Assembly: GCA_022820645.1 (NCBI GenBank)
Contig: JAJEFD010000019.1
Coordinates: 64,279 to 128,278, forward strand
Reading direction: 5' to 3'
DNA from: Dehalococcoidia bacterium
Lineage (GTDB): Bacteria; Chloroflexota; Dehalococcoidia; Lucifugimonadales; Australimonadaceae
Length of the DNA stretch: 64,000 bases
Program-made: the position numbers and the translations under genes
Shown: piece after piece, positions 53,337-62,797 of the stretch
How positions within the stretch are numbered: position 1 is the first letter of the stretch
Layout: the number at the start of each line of letters is the position of its first letter
The notes under the pieces: model-generated
Told to the model about the DNA's origin: nothing
What the model saw: the letters and a program-made list of their open reading frames with translations, nothing else
Database searches by the model: none

Positions 53337-54086
53337 CTACGACACTTCCTTACCGCCGTTGACCGCGATGAGCTGGCCGGTGATGAAGTCCGCGTCGTCG
53401 GAGAAGAGGAACGCCACGGTGCCCGCGAGATCGCTCGGTACGCCGCGACGTCCGAACGCCCGGGCCGCTTCCTCGGTGGCCTCATCGCCGGTGAGCGACG
53501 GGTCCTGGTCCGTGCCGCCGGGCGCGAGCGTGTTGACGTTGATGTTGTACTCACCGAGTTCGCGGCAGATGGCCCGGGTGAACGCCATCACCGCGCCCTT
53601 GGACGCGACGTAGTGCGGGTTGCTGTCGCGCACGTTGTTGGACGTGCGGAGCATCGTGGTGGACCCGACGTTGACGATCTTTCCGCCGCCCTGGTCGCGC
53701 ATGTAGGGGAAGACGGCCCTGGTGCACAGGAACGTGCCGCGCGCATTCACGGAGAAGACCTTGTCCCACCAGTCCGGGTCGACGTCCATGAGCGAGGGGC
53801 CGGTGATGTTCCGCATGAGGCCGGCATTGTTGAGCAGGCCGTCGATGCGTCCGAAGCGCTCAACGGTCTGGCGCGCCAGCGCCATCGTCTCTTCCTCGCT
53901 CGATACGTCCACGTTGAGCGGAAGCACCTCGGCGCCTTCGGCCTCGCAGAGGCGCGCCGTTTCCGAGCAATCGAGCACGTCGGCGACGGTGAGCTTCGCA
54001 CCTTCCTTCGCGAGCCGTACGGCGTAAGCCTGCCCCAGGTGGCGCGCCGCGCCGGTAACGATGATGACCTTGCCTTCCAGGCGCAT
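53337..54086 (-). CDS. SDR-family oxidoreductase
   Basis: [21 protein letters not shown] catalytic motif. Confidence 0.8.
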   Translation of the reverse strand: MRLEGKVIIVTGAARHLGQAYAVRLAKEGAKLTVADVLDCSETARLCEAEGAEVLPLNVDVSSEEETMALARQTVERFGRIDGLLNNAGLMRNITGPSLMDVDPDWWDKVFSVNARGTFLCTRAVFPYMRDQGGGKIVNVGSTTMLRTSNNVRDSNPHYVASKGAVMAFTRAICRELGEYNINVNTLAPGGTDQDPSLTGDEATEEAARAFGRRGVPSDLAGTVAFLFSDDADFITGQLIAVNGGKEVS

Positions 54087-54111
54087 ACGCCGCCTCCTGT
54101 GTCAGTCCCGG

Positions 54112-54864
54112 TCAGCCGAGGATGACCATGTGCACTTCGCCGGGGCCGTGCACGCCGATAGTGAGCGTCTGCTCGATGTCCGCCGTGCGGGACGGTCCGG
54201 AGATGAAATTGAAGTAGTTGATCGTCCGCCCGCGGGCCTGCATACGGTTCAGCCGCGTGATGGCGAAGAAGTCGTCCAGCGTTTCCAGCACCTGCTCCGG
54301 CTCGATGAGCAGGACGAGCCTAGGCGGCGCGAGCGAGGCAAGGCGCGCCACGCCCTTGCGCGGTGTGACGGCGCAGCTCGCCGTCTCCGCTATGGCGTAT
54401 GAAACGCCCGTGACGCCCATGTCCGCCCGGAACGCCATGTCGCGCAGCGCCCCCCGGCTCCGGGACCTGCCGGACGCGAGGATGGCGGGCGAAACGCCCA
54501 CCGAGCGGAGGGCGGCGTCGATGTTCACGCGCTTGAACACGTCTTCAGCGGAGCGAACGAGATTCTTCACTCCCGACTGCTGTGCGATCTCCGCGACGAT
54601 GCTCGCTGCCTCCTCCGCGTCGCCCGCCCTGCGGACATTCCAGGAAGCAGCCGCGGCGGTCCGCGCGAGACGGTCCAAGGCAGAACTCCTGCGCGCCTCG
54701 TTCCTTGCAACGATGGTGCGCACCTTCTCCTGCTGGCGCACGGCGTTCGACTTGAGCGAGGGGTGGTCCGGCATGTGGACGATGGGGTCAGTGCGCCCCA
54801 GCGCCGAGCGGACGCGCAGCAGGAAAGCCGCCTTGTTCGGGTGCTCTTCCGGTGTCGGGGGCAC
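54112..54864 (-). CDS. lutC: Lactate utilisation protein C (LUD domain)
   Basis: YkgG/LutC-like sequence, downstream of lutB. Confidence 0.65.
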   Translation of the reverse strand: MPPTPEEHPNKAAFLLRVRSALGRTDPIVHMPDHPSLKSNAVRQQEKVRTIVARNEARRSSALDRLARTAAAASWNVRRAGDAEEAASIVAEIAQQSGVKNLVRSAEDVFKRVNIDAALRSVGVSPAILASGRSRSRGALRDMAFRADMGVTGVSYAIAETASCAVTPRKGVARLASLAPPRLVLLIEPEQVLETLDDFFAITRLNRMQARGRTINYFNFISGPSRTADIEQTLTIGVHGPGEVHMVILG

Positions 54865-54867
54865 GGC

Positions 54868-56340
54868 CTATCCCTGTTCCGTTCCGTTCGGGTGGGCGTT
54901 GTCGTGTGCGAGTTCCTCCCGCCAGAGGCGGGCGAAGGACCTGGGCGCGGGCGCCGGGAAATCGCGGCTCGCTGTCCAGCCGCTCACCATCGGCGCGAAC
55001 GGCAGTTTGCGCACCTTCCCGCCGCGCGCGAAGGGACGTGTGAGCAGCCTGCCGAGGTTCGCCTTACCCTCCAGCGCCTTGCGGTTCCGCATCGCACCGT
55101 GCCACTGGCCCACGAACAGACGCTCCATCCAGGTGGTGCTGCGCTCACCGAGGGCGCCTTCCGCCACCTTGTGCCGCAGGTGCAGCAGGAGGCGGGGGAT
55201 GTCTATCTTCACGGGGCAGACGTCCTTGCAGGTGCCGCAGAGAGTCGAGGCGTAGGGCAGGTCGCGAGCGACCTTCATGTTGGTCATGGGCGGCGTGACG
55301 ATCGCGCCGATGGGACCGGAGTAGACCCAGCCATAGGCGTGTCCGCCTATCTTGCGATAGACGGGACAGTGGTTCAGGCACGCGCCACAGCGGATGCAGC
55401 GCAGCGCCTCCCGCATCACCTCGTCGCGCAGCAGGTTGAGCCGCCCGTTGTCCACGAGGACGAGGTGAAACTCCTCCGGTCCATCCTCGTCGCTCGGCGC
55501 GCGCGGGCCGCCCACGAACGTGTTGTAGCTCGTGATGCGCTGTCCGGTGGCGGAACGGGGCAGCAGGCGCAGGAAGAGCGCGAGGTCCTCGACGGCGGGG
55601 ACGATCTTCTCCATGCCCGCGAGGACGACGTGGATGCGCGGCGCGGACGTCGTCATACGCCCGTTCCCCTCGTTCGTGACGAGGCAGACGGTGCCGGTCT
55701 CGGCTACGACGAAGTTCGCACCGCTGATGCCCATGTCCGCCGCGGCGAACTTCTCGCGCAGGGCGTCGCGCGCGTAGACGCAGAGGCGCTTGATGTCCTG
55801 CGTGGGCGCAGTCTTCAGCCACTCCTGGAAGAGCGCGGAGACCTCCTGGCGCGTCTTGTGCATCGCCGGGGCGATGATGTGGAACGGCGTCTCGCCCGCC
55901 AGCTGGATGATGTACTCGCCGAGGTCGGTCTCGACCGGCTCGATGCCCTCGCGCTCGAGGATATGGTTGATGCCCATCTCCTCGGAGACCATGGACTTGC
56001 TCTTGATGACGGTCTTCACGCCGTTGCGCTTCGCGATATCGAGCACGATGGCGTTCGCCTGCGCCGCATCGTCCGCGAAGTAGACGTGGCCGCCGTTCCG
56101 CCGCACGCTCCTGTCCACCATGTCGAGGTAGTAGTCGAGGTGCTCCAGGGTGGACTGCTTGATCGCGGCGGCGCGGGTGCGCATCGCCTCCCAGTTCTCG
56201 TCGCCGAAGTCGTTCTCGATGACGCTGGCGCGCGCGCCGACGAAGTGCTCCATGACGTGCTCCAGCGAGTGCTGGAGCTTCTCGTCACGCAGCGCCCTGC
56301 CGGACGCCTTCTTGAACTCGGCGCTCTTGACCTCAGCCAT
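54868..56340 (-). CDS. lutB: Lactate utilisation protein B (4Fe-4S, LUD domain)
   Basis: CIRCGACLNHCPVY and CGTCKDVCPVKIDIP ferredoxin motifs; YkgF/LutB-like. Confidence 0.8.
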   Translation of the reverse strand: MAEVKSAEFKKASGRALRDEKLQHSLEHVMEHFVGARASVIENDFGDENWEAMRTRAAAIKQSTLEHLDYYLDMVDRSVRRNGGHVYFADDAAQANAIVLDIAKRNGVKTVIKSKSMVSEEMGINHILEREGIEPVETDLGEYIIQLAGETPFHIIAPAMHKTRQEVSALFQEWLKTAPTQDIKRLCVYARDALREKFAAADMGISGANFVVAETGTVCLVTNEGNGRMTTSAPRIHVVLAGMEKIVPAVEDLALFLRLLPRSATGQRITSYNTFVGGPRAPSDEDGPEEFHLVLVDNGRLNLLRDEVMREALRCIRCGACLNHCPVYRKIGGHAYGWVYSGPIGAIVTPPMTNMKVARDLPYASTLCGTCKDVCPVKIDIPRLLLHLRHKVAEGALGERSTTWMERLFVGQWHGAMRNRKALEGKANLGRLLTRPFARGGKVRKLPFAPMVSGWTASRDFPAPAPRSFARLWREELAHDNAHPNGTEQG

Positions 56341-57205
56341 CAGTCCCGTCCTCTGCCAGGAGTTCGGCCAGGTGCATGGCGCAGATGTTCATGCCGCGCC
56401 GCTCCATCGCCCCGCGGATGTGCATCAGGCAGCCGCAGTCGTTCGCGACCACAGCGCCCGCGCCGGACTCCGCGATGGTCTTCAGCTTCTCGTCGAGGAT
56501 GGCGGTCGATATCTCGGGGAACTTGACGGAGAAGAGGCCGCCGAAGCCGCAGCAGGCGTCCGAGTTCTCCATCTCCTGCAGTTCGACGCCTCGCACACCG
56601 CCGATGAGGTCGCGCGGGGCCTCCTTGATGCGCAGTTCACGCAGGAGGTGACAGGCGTCGTGGTACGTGACAAGCCCCTCTGACGCCGCTCCCACGTCCG
56701 ACGTGCCAACGACGTTGACGATGTAGTCGGAGAACTCGCGCGTCTTCTCGCCGACGGCCTGGGCGCGCTCCAGTGTCTCCGGGTCGTCCTCGAACAGTTC
56801 GCGGTAGTAGACCTTGATCATGCTGGCGCACGAGCCGGAGGGGACGACGACCTGCTCCTCGTTCTCGAACACGTCGAGGAAGTGTTTCGCCACGTCGGCG
56901 GCGCGGGAGCGGAAGCCGCCGTTGAAGGCGATCTGCCCGCAGCAGGTCTGGTCCTCAGGGAACGAGACATCGACTCCGAGGCGGCGCAGCACCTTCACGG
57001 CCGCGGCGCCGACCTCCGGGTAGAACTGGTCGACGAGGCAGGTGGCACAGAGCGCCGCCCGGAACTTCGGGGACTGTTGTCCCCGCTGCCTTCCGCCCGT
57101 CCTGGGCCTGCCGGAGGACCGTCTGGGATATGCGGACGAACCGCGTCGTCGAGCCACGAGAGCAAGGTAGCAGAGCGCGGCAGGCGTGGCAACCGCAGTT
57201 GCCAC
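56333..57205 (-). CDS. lutA: Lactate utilisation protein A (CCG-domain Fe-S oxidoreductase)
   Basis: ...ALCATCLVDQFYPEVG...CCGQ...GSCASM...CCGFGG... The start is uncertain: the only in-frame start codons are the GTGs at 57205 and 57157, far upstream of the conserved N-terminus. Confidence 0.7.
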   Translation of the reverse strand: MATAVATPAALCYLALVARRRGSSAYPRRSSGRPRTGGRQRGQQSPKFRAALCATCLVDQFYPEVGAAAVKVLRRLGVDVSFPEDQTCCGQIAFNGGFRSRAADVAKHFLDVFENEEQVVVPSGSCASMIKVYYRELFEDDPETLERAQAVGEKTREFSDYIVNVVGTSDVGAASEGLVTYHDACHLLRELRIKEAPRDLIGGVRGVELQEMENSDACCGFGGLFSVKFPEISTAILDEKLKTIAESGAGAVVANDCGCLMHIRGAMERRGMNICAMHLAELLAEDGTDG

Positions 57206-57220
57206 GCCACACGTCAGTGA

Positions 57221-59689
57221 TTACATACCGGTGCCGAGAATCTCTCGCCCGATCCACTCGAGGAGCGCCGGCTGCGGCCAGATCACGAACAGGATGTTGT
57301 CCGCCATCACGAACTCGAACAGGAAGACGAAGCACATCGTAATCATGGCTGCGAGCACGCGCCAGGAGAAGAGCCATTCCAGGGCCGCGGGGGGCTGGAA
57401 CTCGCGGACAGGGCGCGCGAAGAGGAGCAGCATGGGCGCCACGCCCGGCAGGAGCCTGTATGCCCATCCAAAATAATCGTCCGGCCAGCCGGCGAAGAAG
57501 AGGATGGTGACAACAAGCGAGAACGTCAGTGCGACAGTGCCCATCACGCCCGGGATGCCCGGCATGCCGCCGACACCCTGAGCTCCGATCGAGAGGACGT
57601 ACACTATGGTGAGCGCCACGACGCCGCCGGTGGCGATGATCTGGCCAGTGTCCGCGGTGCCTATGAGCGCCGCACCGATGGCGGATAGCGCGCCTACGAC
57701 GATGCCAGCGGGAACCGCCTGAGTCAGCGGGAAACTCGCCCGCCCCAGCAGGGTGAATGGCAGGTAGCCTGCCAGCGCCATCACGCTCCACCGCAGGCCG
57801 ATGGTGCCCGTCAGCAATGCGAACATGACGAACCCGCCAGCGATGAGCAGTGCCGCCTGCCTGGCGCCCGGCAGAACAAGGCTGTGCATGCCAAGGTCCA
57901 TGATCTCGGTGTGCCGGTGGCCACGCTCCCGGAGGTGGAACATCAACTGAACGAGGGCCAGCAGGATGATCAAGACGACCATGAGTCGCGTGAGGAACCA
58001 CGACTCGGTAGCCTCGAATCCCAGGCTCCCCCACCAGAAGGCTACGCCGCCTGCGATGAGCAGGAAGATGGGGAAGTTCCTGACCTCGAGCAGTCGTTTC
58101 ATGAGGCCGGGCCGCTCCTCCTCACCGGTGCCCGATGCACCCGCAGGCGGCTGCGCAGCCGCACTGGAAAGCGTCTGGCTCCCCGCGGCGCGGGAGAAGA
58201 AGTAGGCGGTGGCCAGCGCAATCAGGATGAGCGCGATGGTGAGCGGCCGCAGCAGCACGCCAAGCACGTCGCTCTCATGGCCGCCGATCGACACCGGGTC
58301 CACCACGTTCAGGGCGGAGAGGAAGTTCTCCTCGATGATGGGACCGAGGATGATGCCGAGCAGGAGCGGCGGCCTCGGCCACTGGAACAGCTTCATCATG
58401 ATGCCGATGCCCATGAAGACCGCCATCACCGGGAGGGCGAGCCAGGTCGTCCAGTTGATGACCGCGGCAAGGATGGAGATGGGGATGAACACGCCGCCGA
58501 TGAGCGGGTAGGGGATGCGGGTCAGCTTCGCCAGCTGGCCCGTCGCGACGATGCCGATCATCGTGACGATGAAGTTGCCGATACCGAGCGTGATGACAAA
58601 GAGGATGGTGACGTCGGCCTGGTCGCCCAGGAGCCGCGGGCCTGGTGTGAAGTCCAGCGCGATCATCGCGACCAGCACCAGAGCCCAGGCGAGGCCGCCC
58701 GGAACGCCCAAAGCGAGCGTCGGGAGCGCCTGTCCCGCCTCCTTCGAGTTCTGCGCGGATTCAGCAAAGAGCACGCCGTCCAGTGAGCCCTTCCCGAACT
58801 GGCTCTTGTCCTTGGTCCAGAAGATGCCGAATGCATAGGAGAGCCAGTCGATGACCGCGGCGCCGACGCCCGGAATAGCGCCGAGCACCACTCCGAACAC
58901 AGACTGACGAACCACCATCGGGACTCTTGTGAAGCCGTGACGTGCGCCGCGCCATACCTCCCGGGTGTTCACCACAGAGCCAGGCGGAGCGACCGGCCGC
59001 CGCGCGATGGCGAGGTCAATCATCTCAGGCAGCGCGAAGAAGCCGAGCGTTACCACGATGATGGGGAGCCCTTCCCAGAGGTTGGGCTGGTCGAACACGA
59101 ACCGCACGTCGCCGGTGATGGCATTGATGCCTACCGTGCCGAACAGCACACCGAGTCCGCCTGCTGCGAGTCCTCTTACCATCGCCCCCGCGCTCAGCGC
59201 GGAGACCATCGCGATGCCGAAGAACGCGACCGCCGCGATCTCGGGGAAGCCGAAGAGCAGGATGACCGGCTTCACCACCGGGATCAGGATCGCGAGGACG
59301 ACTGCGCCGACGAGGCCGCCCATCGCAGAGACGGCATAGACCGCACCGAGCGTATGTGCCGCGCGGCCCTGGCGCGCCAACTGGTGGCCTTCCAGGAACG
59401 TCACCTGTGTAGCGGCGGAGGGTTGGCCGAAGAGGACGGCCGGGATGGAGTCCAGCGTGTTATTCACGCCGGTCATGGAGGCGAGCATGACGAGACCGAT
59501 GGCCGCCTGGTCGCCCCTGAAGAATTCGACGATGAACGGGATGGAGAGCGCCATGATGATGACGCCGGACGCCCCCGGCACCATGCCGGTGAGCCCCGCG
59601 ACGAACACCGCCACCACGACCGCGATCCAGTAGAGGGGATCGGCCAGGTAACCTGCCGCCTGCCCGAGTTCGCTGTACAGTTCGCCCAA
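57221..59689 (-). CDS. tctA: TctA-family TTT transporter permease with an extra ~300-aa polytopic C-terminal domain
   Basis: Residues 1 to about 505 are TctA-like (GMVPGASGV..., ...LGAIPGVGAAV...). Residues about 520-822 (nt 57221-58132) add further TM helices, possibly a fused TctB-like module. Confidence 0.7.
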   Translation of the reverse strand: MGELYSELGQAAGYLADPLYWIAVVVAVFVAGLTGMVPGASGVIIMALSIPFIVEFFRGDQAAIGLVMLASMTGVNNTLDSIPAVLFGQPSAATQVTFLEGHQLARQGRAAHTLGAVYAVSAMGGLVGAVVLAILIPVVKPVILLFGFPEIAAVAFFGIAMVSALSAGAMVRGLAAGGLGVLFGTVGINAITGDVRFVFDQPNLWEGLPIIVVTLGFFALPEMIDLAIARRPVAPPGSVVNTREVWRGARHGFTRVPMVVRQSVFGVVLGAIPGVGAAVIDWLSYAFGIFWTKDKSQFGKGSLDGVLFAESAQNSKEAGQALPTLALGVPGGLAWALVLVAMIALDFTPGPRLLGDQADVTILFVITLGIGNFIVTMIGIVATGQLAKLTRIPYPLIGGVFIPISILAAVINWTTWLALPVMAVFMGIGIMMKLFQWPRPPLLLGIILGPIIEENFLSALNVVDPVSIGGHESDVLGVLLRPLTIALILIALATAYFFSRAAGSQTLSSAAAQPPAGASGTGEEERPGLMKRLLEVRNFPIFLLIAGGVAFWWGSLGFEATESWFLTRLMVVLIILLALVQLMFHLRERGHRHTEIMDLGMHSLVLPGARQAALLIAGGFVMFALLTGTIGLRWSVMALAGYLPFTLLGRASFPLTQAVPAGIVVGALSAIGAALIGTADTGQIIATGGVVALTIVYVLSIGAQGVGGMPGIPGVMGTVALTFSLVVTILFFAGWPDDYFGWAYRLLPGVAPMLLLFARPVREFQPPAALEWLFSWRVLAAMITMCFVFLFEFVMADNILFVIWPQPALLEWIGREILGTGM

Positions 59690-59747
59690 GGGTTGCCTCC
59701 CTGCGCGCCGTCGCGCTGTTTACCGCGCCGCATCCTGGGACGCGAAA

Positions 59748-59790
59748 CGCCCGCCCCTTGAGTGCCGTACTCGGCTCCGTGGGGCGGGCG
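59748..59790 (-). other. GC-rich hairpin between tctC paralogue 2 and tctA
   Basis: CGCCCGCCCC (59748-59757) pairs with GGGGCGGGCG (59781-59790), with a 23-nt loop. Confidence 0.3.
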
Positions 59791-59805
59791 GATTCTATGC
59801 ACACG

Positions 59806-59837
59806 AAGGGCGGCCTGACAACCATCGGGCCGCCCTT
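59806..59837 (-). terminator. Hairpin downstream of tctC paralogue 2
   Basis: AAGGGCGGCC (59806-59815) pairs with GGCCGCCCTT (59828-59837), 8 nt after the stop. There is no clear U-tract. Confidence 0.4.
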
Positions 59838-59844
59838 ATGCTGT

Positions 59845-61125
59845 CTATCGCACGTACTTGTCGTGCACGAACTCCAGCAATTCGTCGATCTTGTCACTGT
59901 TGGCCTCGAAGCCGTTCACCATGTCGACGACGATCTGCTGACCGGTCGCGCCGTCGGTGAACAGGTTCTTGATGCCCGTAAACCTCTGCATGGAAGCAGC
60001 GAACTCCTCGTCCGCCATCGCTGCTGCCAGGGCGTCGCGAAGCGTTTGCGTTACTTCGGGAGCCATTCCGGGCGGGCCGACGATGTTCTTCGCGATCACC
60101 GCCCTCGGCCGCATGGCGAGCCACAGCTCAAGGTCCTCGCCTTCAAGGTAGGTGTCGGCAACGTTGGGGCAGTGGAAGTCGGCCTCGCCGTTGTGGCCGA
60201 GGTCAAATCCGGGAACCGACAGGTCGGCGAATGGGCGCAGGAACTTGTCTCTGATCCATCCAGGGCGGGTTACGGGGTACTGGTCCCAGATCGTCCCCGT
60301 TACCCAGGAGTTCACGTCTCCCCGCTCGATCATCACGTACTGCTCCGCCGAGCCTGCGGCTGAGACGTTCCTAATCTCGAGGGGTATGTTGAATTTGTCC
60401 GCGAACCAGCCAATCGAAACGTCCGCGCTCAGGTCTGCGGGCGTAGCGGCGCTCTCGCCCATCGTTATCGTGGGGCCAGGAGAGTTGAATGCGGAGTCGA
60501 CACAGTCGTAGGGCAGCGTACCCCGGATAACCCAGGCGCCCTCGCCTCCGGAGGTAATACCTATCATCGTGGACTCGCGTACGTCGAACTGGGCCTGCGG
60601 GGTGAACATGTCCGCCACGCCGGGGGTCGCCTCGATAGCGAGCGTCAGGCCGTCCGGCTCCGCGTTCCAGACGAAGTTGCGCTCGACCACGACAGGGGTC
60701 AGGTTGCGGACGATGATGCGCGGGTTGCCGGGGATGAACCTCGGCCATGCGCGTGACATGAAGCGCGCCTGCGCGTCGGTACCGCCGCCGGGGTTGAAGC
60801 CGACCATCATGCTGATGGTCTTGCCCTCGAAGTAGGCTTCGGCATCGAAGCCGGGGTCGACCGGCAACGGAGTCGCCGTGGGGCGCACGGTCGGAGTGGG
60901 GGTTGCGGGAACCGCCGTAACGCCTTCCGGCAGGGGAGTCGGCGTTGCTTCTTCTTCCATCATCGCGGTCGGCGTCGGCTCCGCTTCCGCCATCGCCGTT
61001 GGCGTCGGCGTGGCAGCAGGGCGTGGCGTCGCCGTCGGATCTTCGCCGCCGCAGGCGGCAAGTACCAGGGAGAGCATCAGGCCCAGGGCCCCGATGACTC
61101 CGATTTTCCCGGACATCTTCACCAT
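59845..61125 (-). CDS. TctC-like TTT substrate-binding lipoprotein, paralogue 2
   Basis: LVLAAC lipobox, TP and MMEEE linker. Colinear with the other paralogues, ending ...DKYVR. Confidence 0.65.
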   Translation of the reverse strand: MVKMSGKIGVIGALGLMLSLVLAACGGEDPTATPRPAATPTPTAMAEAEPTPTAMMEEEATPTPLPEGVTAVPATPTPTVRPTATPLPVDPGFDAEAYFEGKTISMMVGFNPGGGTDAQARFMSRAWPRFIPGNPRIIVRNLTPVVVERNFVWNAEPDGLTLAIEATPGVADMFTPQAQFDVRESTMIGITSGGEGAWVIRGTLPYDCVDSAFNSPGPTITMGESAATPADLSADVSIGWFADKFNIPLEIRNVSAAGSAEQYVMIERGDVNSWVTGTIWDQYPVTRPGWIRDKFLRPFADLSVPGFDLGHNGEADFHCPNVADTYLEGEDLELWLAMRPRAVIAKNIVGPPGMAPEVTQTLRDALAAAMADEEFAASMQRFTGIKNLFTDGATGQQIVVDMVNGFEANSDKIDELLEFVHDKYVR

Positions 61126-61198
61126 CCGAAACCTCCATATCGTCTGCGAACGACTATACGTAATGAGCCTACGGGGTTGTCCCGCAGGCCGATATGAA

Positions 61199-61228
61199 AC
61201 CCTATCGGGCGGACGGGAGTGTTGTCAA
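61199..61228 (-). promoter_or_regulatory. Predicted sigma-70-type promoter of tctC paralogue 2
   Basis: Minus-strand TTGACA (61223-61228), 18 nt, TAGGGT (61199-61204). The same architecture lies upstream of paralogue 3. Confidence 0.45.
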
Positions 61229-61273
61229 TCGGAACTGGCGTTGCCGCGAGAGGTGACCCCAGTGTAAAGCACG

Positions 61274-61306
61274 AGAGAGGCCCGCCGTTGTTCGGCGGGC
61301 CTCTCT
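61274..61306 (-). terminator. Hairpin downstream of tctC paralogue 3
   Basis: 13-bp stem AGAGAGGCCCGCC / GGCGGGCCTCTCT with a 7-nt loop, followed on the minus strand by CGTGCTTT. Confidence 0.55.
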
Positions 61307-61328
61307 TCAGACGTTCTGTACGATCGAC

Positions 61329-62621
61329 CTAGCGCACGTACTTGTCGAACACGAACTGCGTTACCTCGTTGATCCTGGCCTGGTTGTCGACGAACGAGTT
61401 GACCGTATCGGCCAGCTCCTGCTGGGCGACGTCACCGTGGGTGAACGCGTTCTTGATGCCGGTGAACGCCTGCATCGTGCTGGCAAACTCCTCGTCCGCC
61501 ATGGCGTCTGCCAGCGCCTTGCGGAGCACCGCAGTGACCTCATTGGGGATTCCGGCAGGGCCGATGATGTTCTTGGAGGCGTAGACCTGCGGGCCGCGCA
61601 TCGCAACCCAGAGGTCAAGGTCGTCACCCTCGAAGTACTCGTCGGCGACGTTGGGGCAGTGGAAGTCGGCCTCGCCGTTGTGACCGAGGTCGAAGCCGGG
61701 GAATGACAGGTCCGCGAACGGGCGGATGAAGCCGCTTCCCGTCCAGCCCGGGCGCGTGCGCGGGTACTGGTCCCAGATGGTGCCGGATACCCAGGAGTTC
61801 ACGTCGCCGCGCTCGATCATCACGTACTGCTCGGCGGAACCCGCAGCGGAAACGTTCCGAATCTCCAGTGGCACGTTGAGCCTGTCCGCGAGCCAGCCGA
61901 CGGCAACGTACGAGGCGAGGTCAGCGGGCGTGGGCGCGCTGGTGCCGACCGTCAGGACGGGATCTGTCGAGCCGAATGCGGAGTCGATGCAGTTGTACGG
62001 CAGCGTGCCGCGGATGACCCACAGCCCCTCTTTTCCGGAGGTAACGCCGATCATCGTTACTTCGCGCATGTCGAACTGTGCCGTTGGCGTGAACTGGTCG
62101 AAGATGCCTGCAGTCGCTTCGAGTCCGAGGGTCAGTCCGTCGGGCTTGGAGTTCCAGACGAAATTCCGCTCCACCACCACCGGCGTCAGGTTCCTGACCA
62201 CGATGCGGGGGTTGCCGGGGATGAACTGCGGCCATGCACGGGACATGTAGCGCGCCTGAGCATCGGTTCCACCACCGGGGTTGAAGCCGACCATCATGCT
62301 GATGGTCTTGCCGGAGAAGTACGCCTCGGCGTCGAATCCCGGGTCGACCGGCAACGGAGTAGGCGTGGGGCGCGGGAGCGGCGTTGGCGTCGGAGCAGGG
62401 CCGGTGGAGCCGCCGGCGTCCGGCGTGGGGGTCGGCGCAGTTTCCTCTTCCATCATTGCGGTCGGCGTAGGCTCTGCTTCCATCATCGCCGCCGTGGGCG
62501 TGGGCGTCGCGGCCGGACGCGGAGTTGGCGTTGGGTCTTCGCCGCCGCAGGCAACGAGCAGCGCGGAGAAGGCAAGGATGGTAAACCCGAGCGGTCCGAT
62601 CTTCCTGAACATCTTCACCAT
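61329..62621 (-). CDS. TctC-like TTT substrate-binding lipoprotein, paralogue 3
   Basis: LLVAC lipobox, TP and MMEAE linker; colinear with the other paralogues. Confidence 0.65.
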   Translation of the reverse strand: MVKMFRKIGPLGFTILAFSALLVACGGEDPTPTPRPAATPTPTAAMMEAEPTPTAMMEEETAPTPTPDAGGSTGPAPTPTPLPRPTPTPLPVDPGFDAEAYFSGKTISMMVGFNPGGGTDAQARYMSRAWPQFIPGNPRIVVRNLTPVVVERNFVWNSKPDGLTLGLEATAGIFDQFTPTAQFDMREVTMIGVTSGKEGLWVIRGTLPYNCIDSAFGSTDPVLTVGTSAPTPADLASYVAVGWLADRLNVPLEIRNVSAAGSAEQYVMIERGDVNSWVSGTIWDQYPRTRPGWTGSGFIRPFADLSFPGFDLGHNGEADFHCPNVADEYFEGDDLDLWVAMRGPQVYASKNIIGPAGIPNEVTAVLRKALADAMADEEFASTMQAFTGIKNAFTHGDVAQQELADTVNSFVDNQARINEVTQFVFDKYVR

Positions 62622-62702
62622 CCGAGAACCTCCCCTGTCGTACTGTATGCAAACGGCAACATGAACAGAGCCTGGGGAGCACCGCTCGCAGGTTGGTTCG
62701 TA

Positions 62703-62731
62703 ACCCTATCGGCTCAGGAGAGGTGTGTCAA
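62703..62731 (-). promoter_or_regulatory. Predicted sigma-70-type promoter of tctC paralogue 3
   Basis: Minus-strand TTGACA (62726-62731), 17 nt, TAGGGT (62703-62708). Confidence 0.45.
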
Positions 62732-62743
62732 ACCGGAATTACG

Positions 62744-62774
62744 AGAGCCGCCCCGTGAGCAACGGGGCGGCTCT
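62744..62774 (-). terminator. Hairpin downstream of tctC paralogue 4
   Basis: 12-bp stem AGAGCCGCCCCG / CGGGGCGGCTCT with a 7-nt loop. Confidence 0.5.
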
Positions 62775-62797
62775 TCTCACGAACTGCAAGCTGGCTC

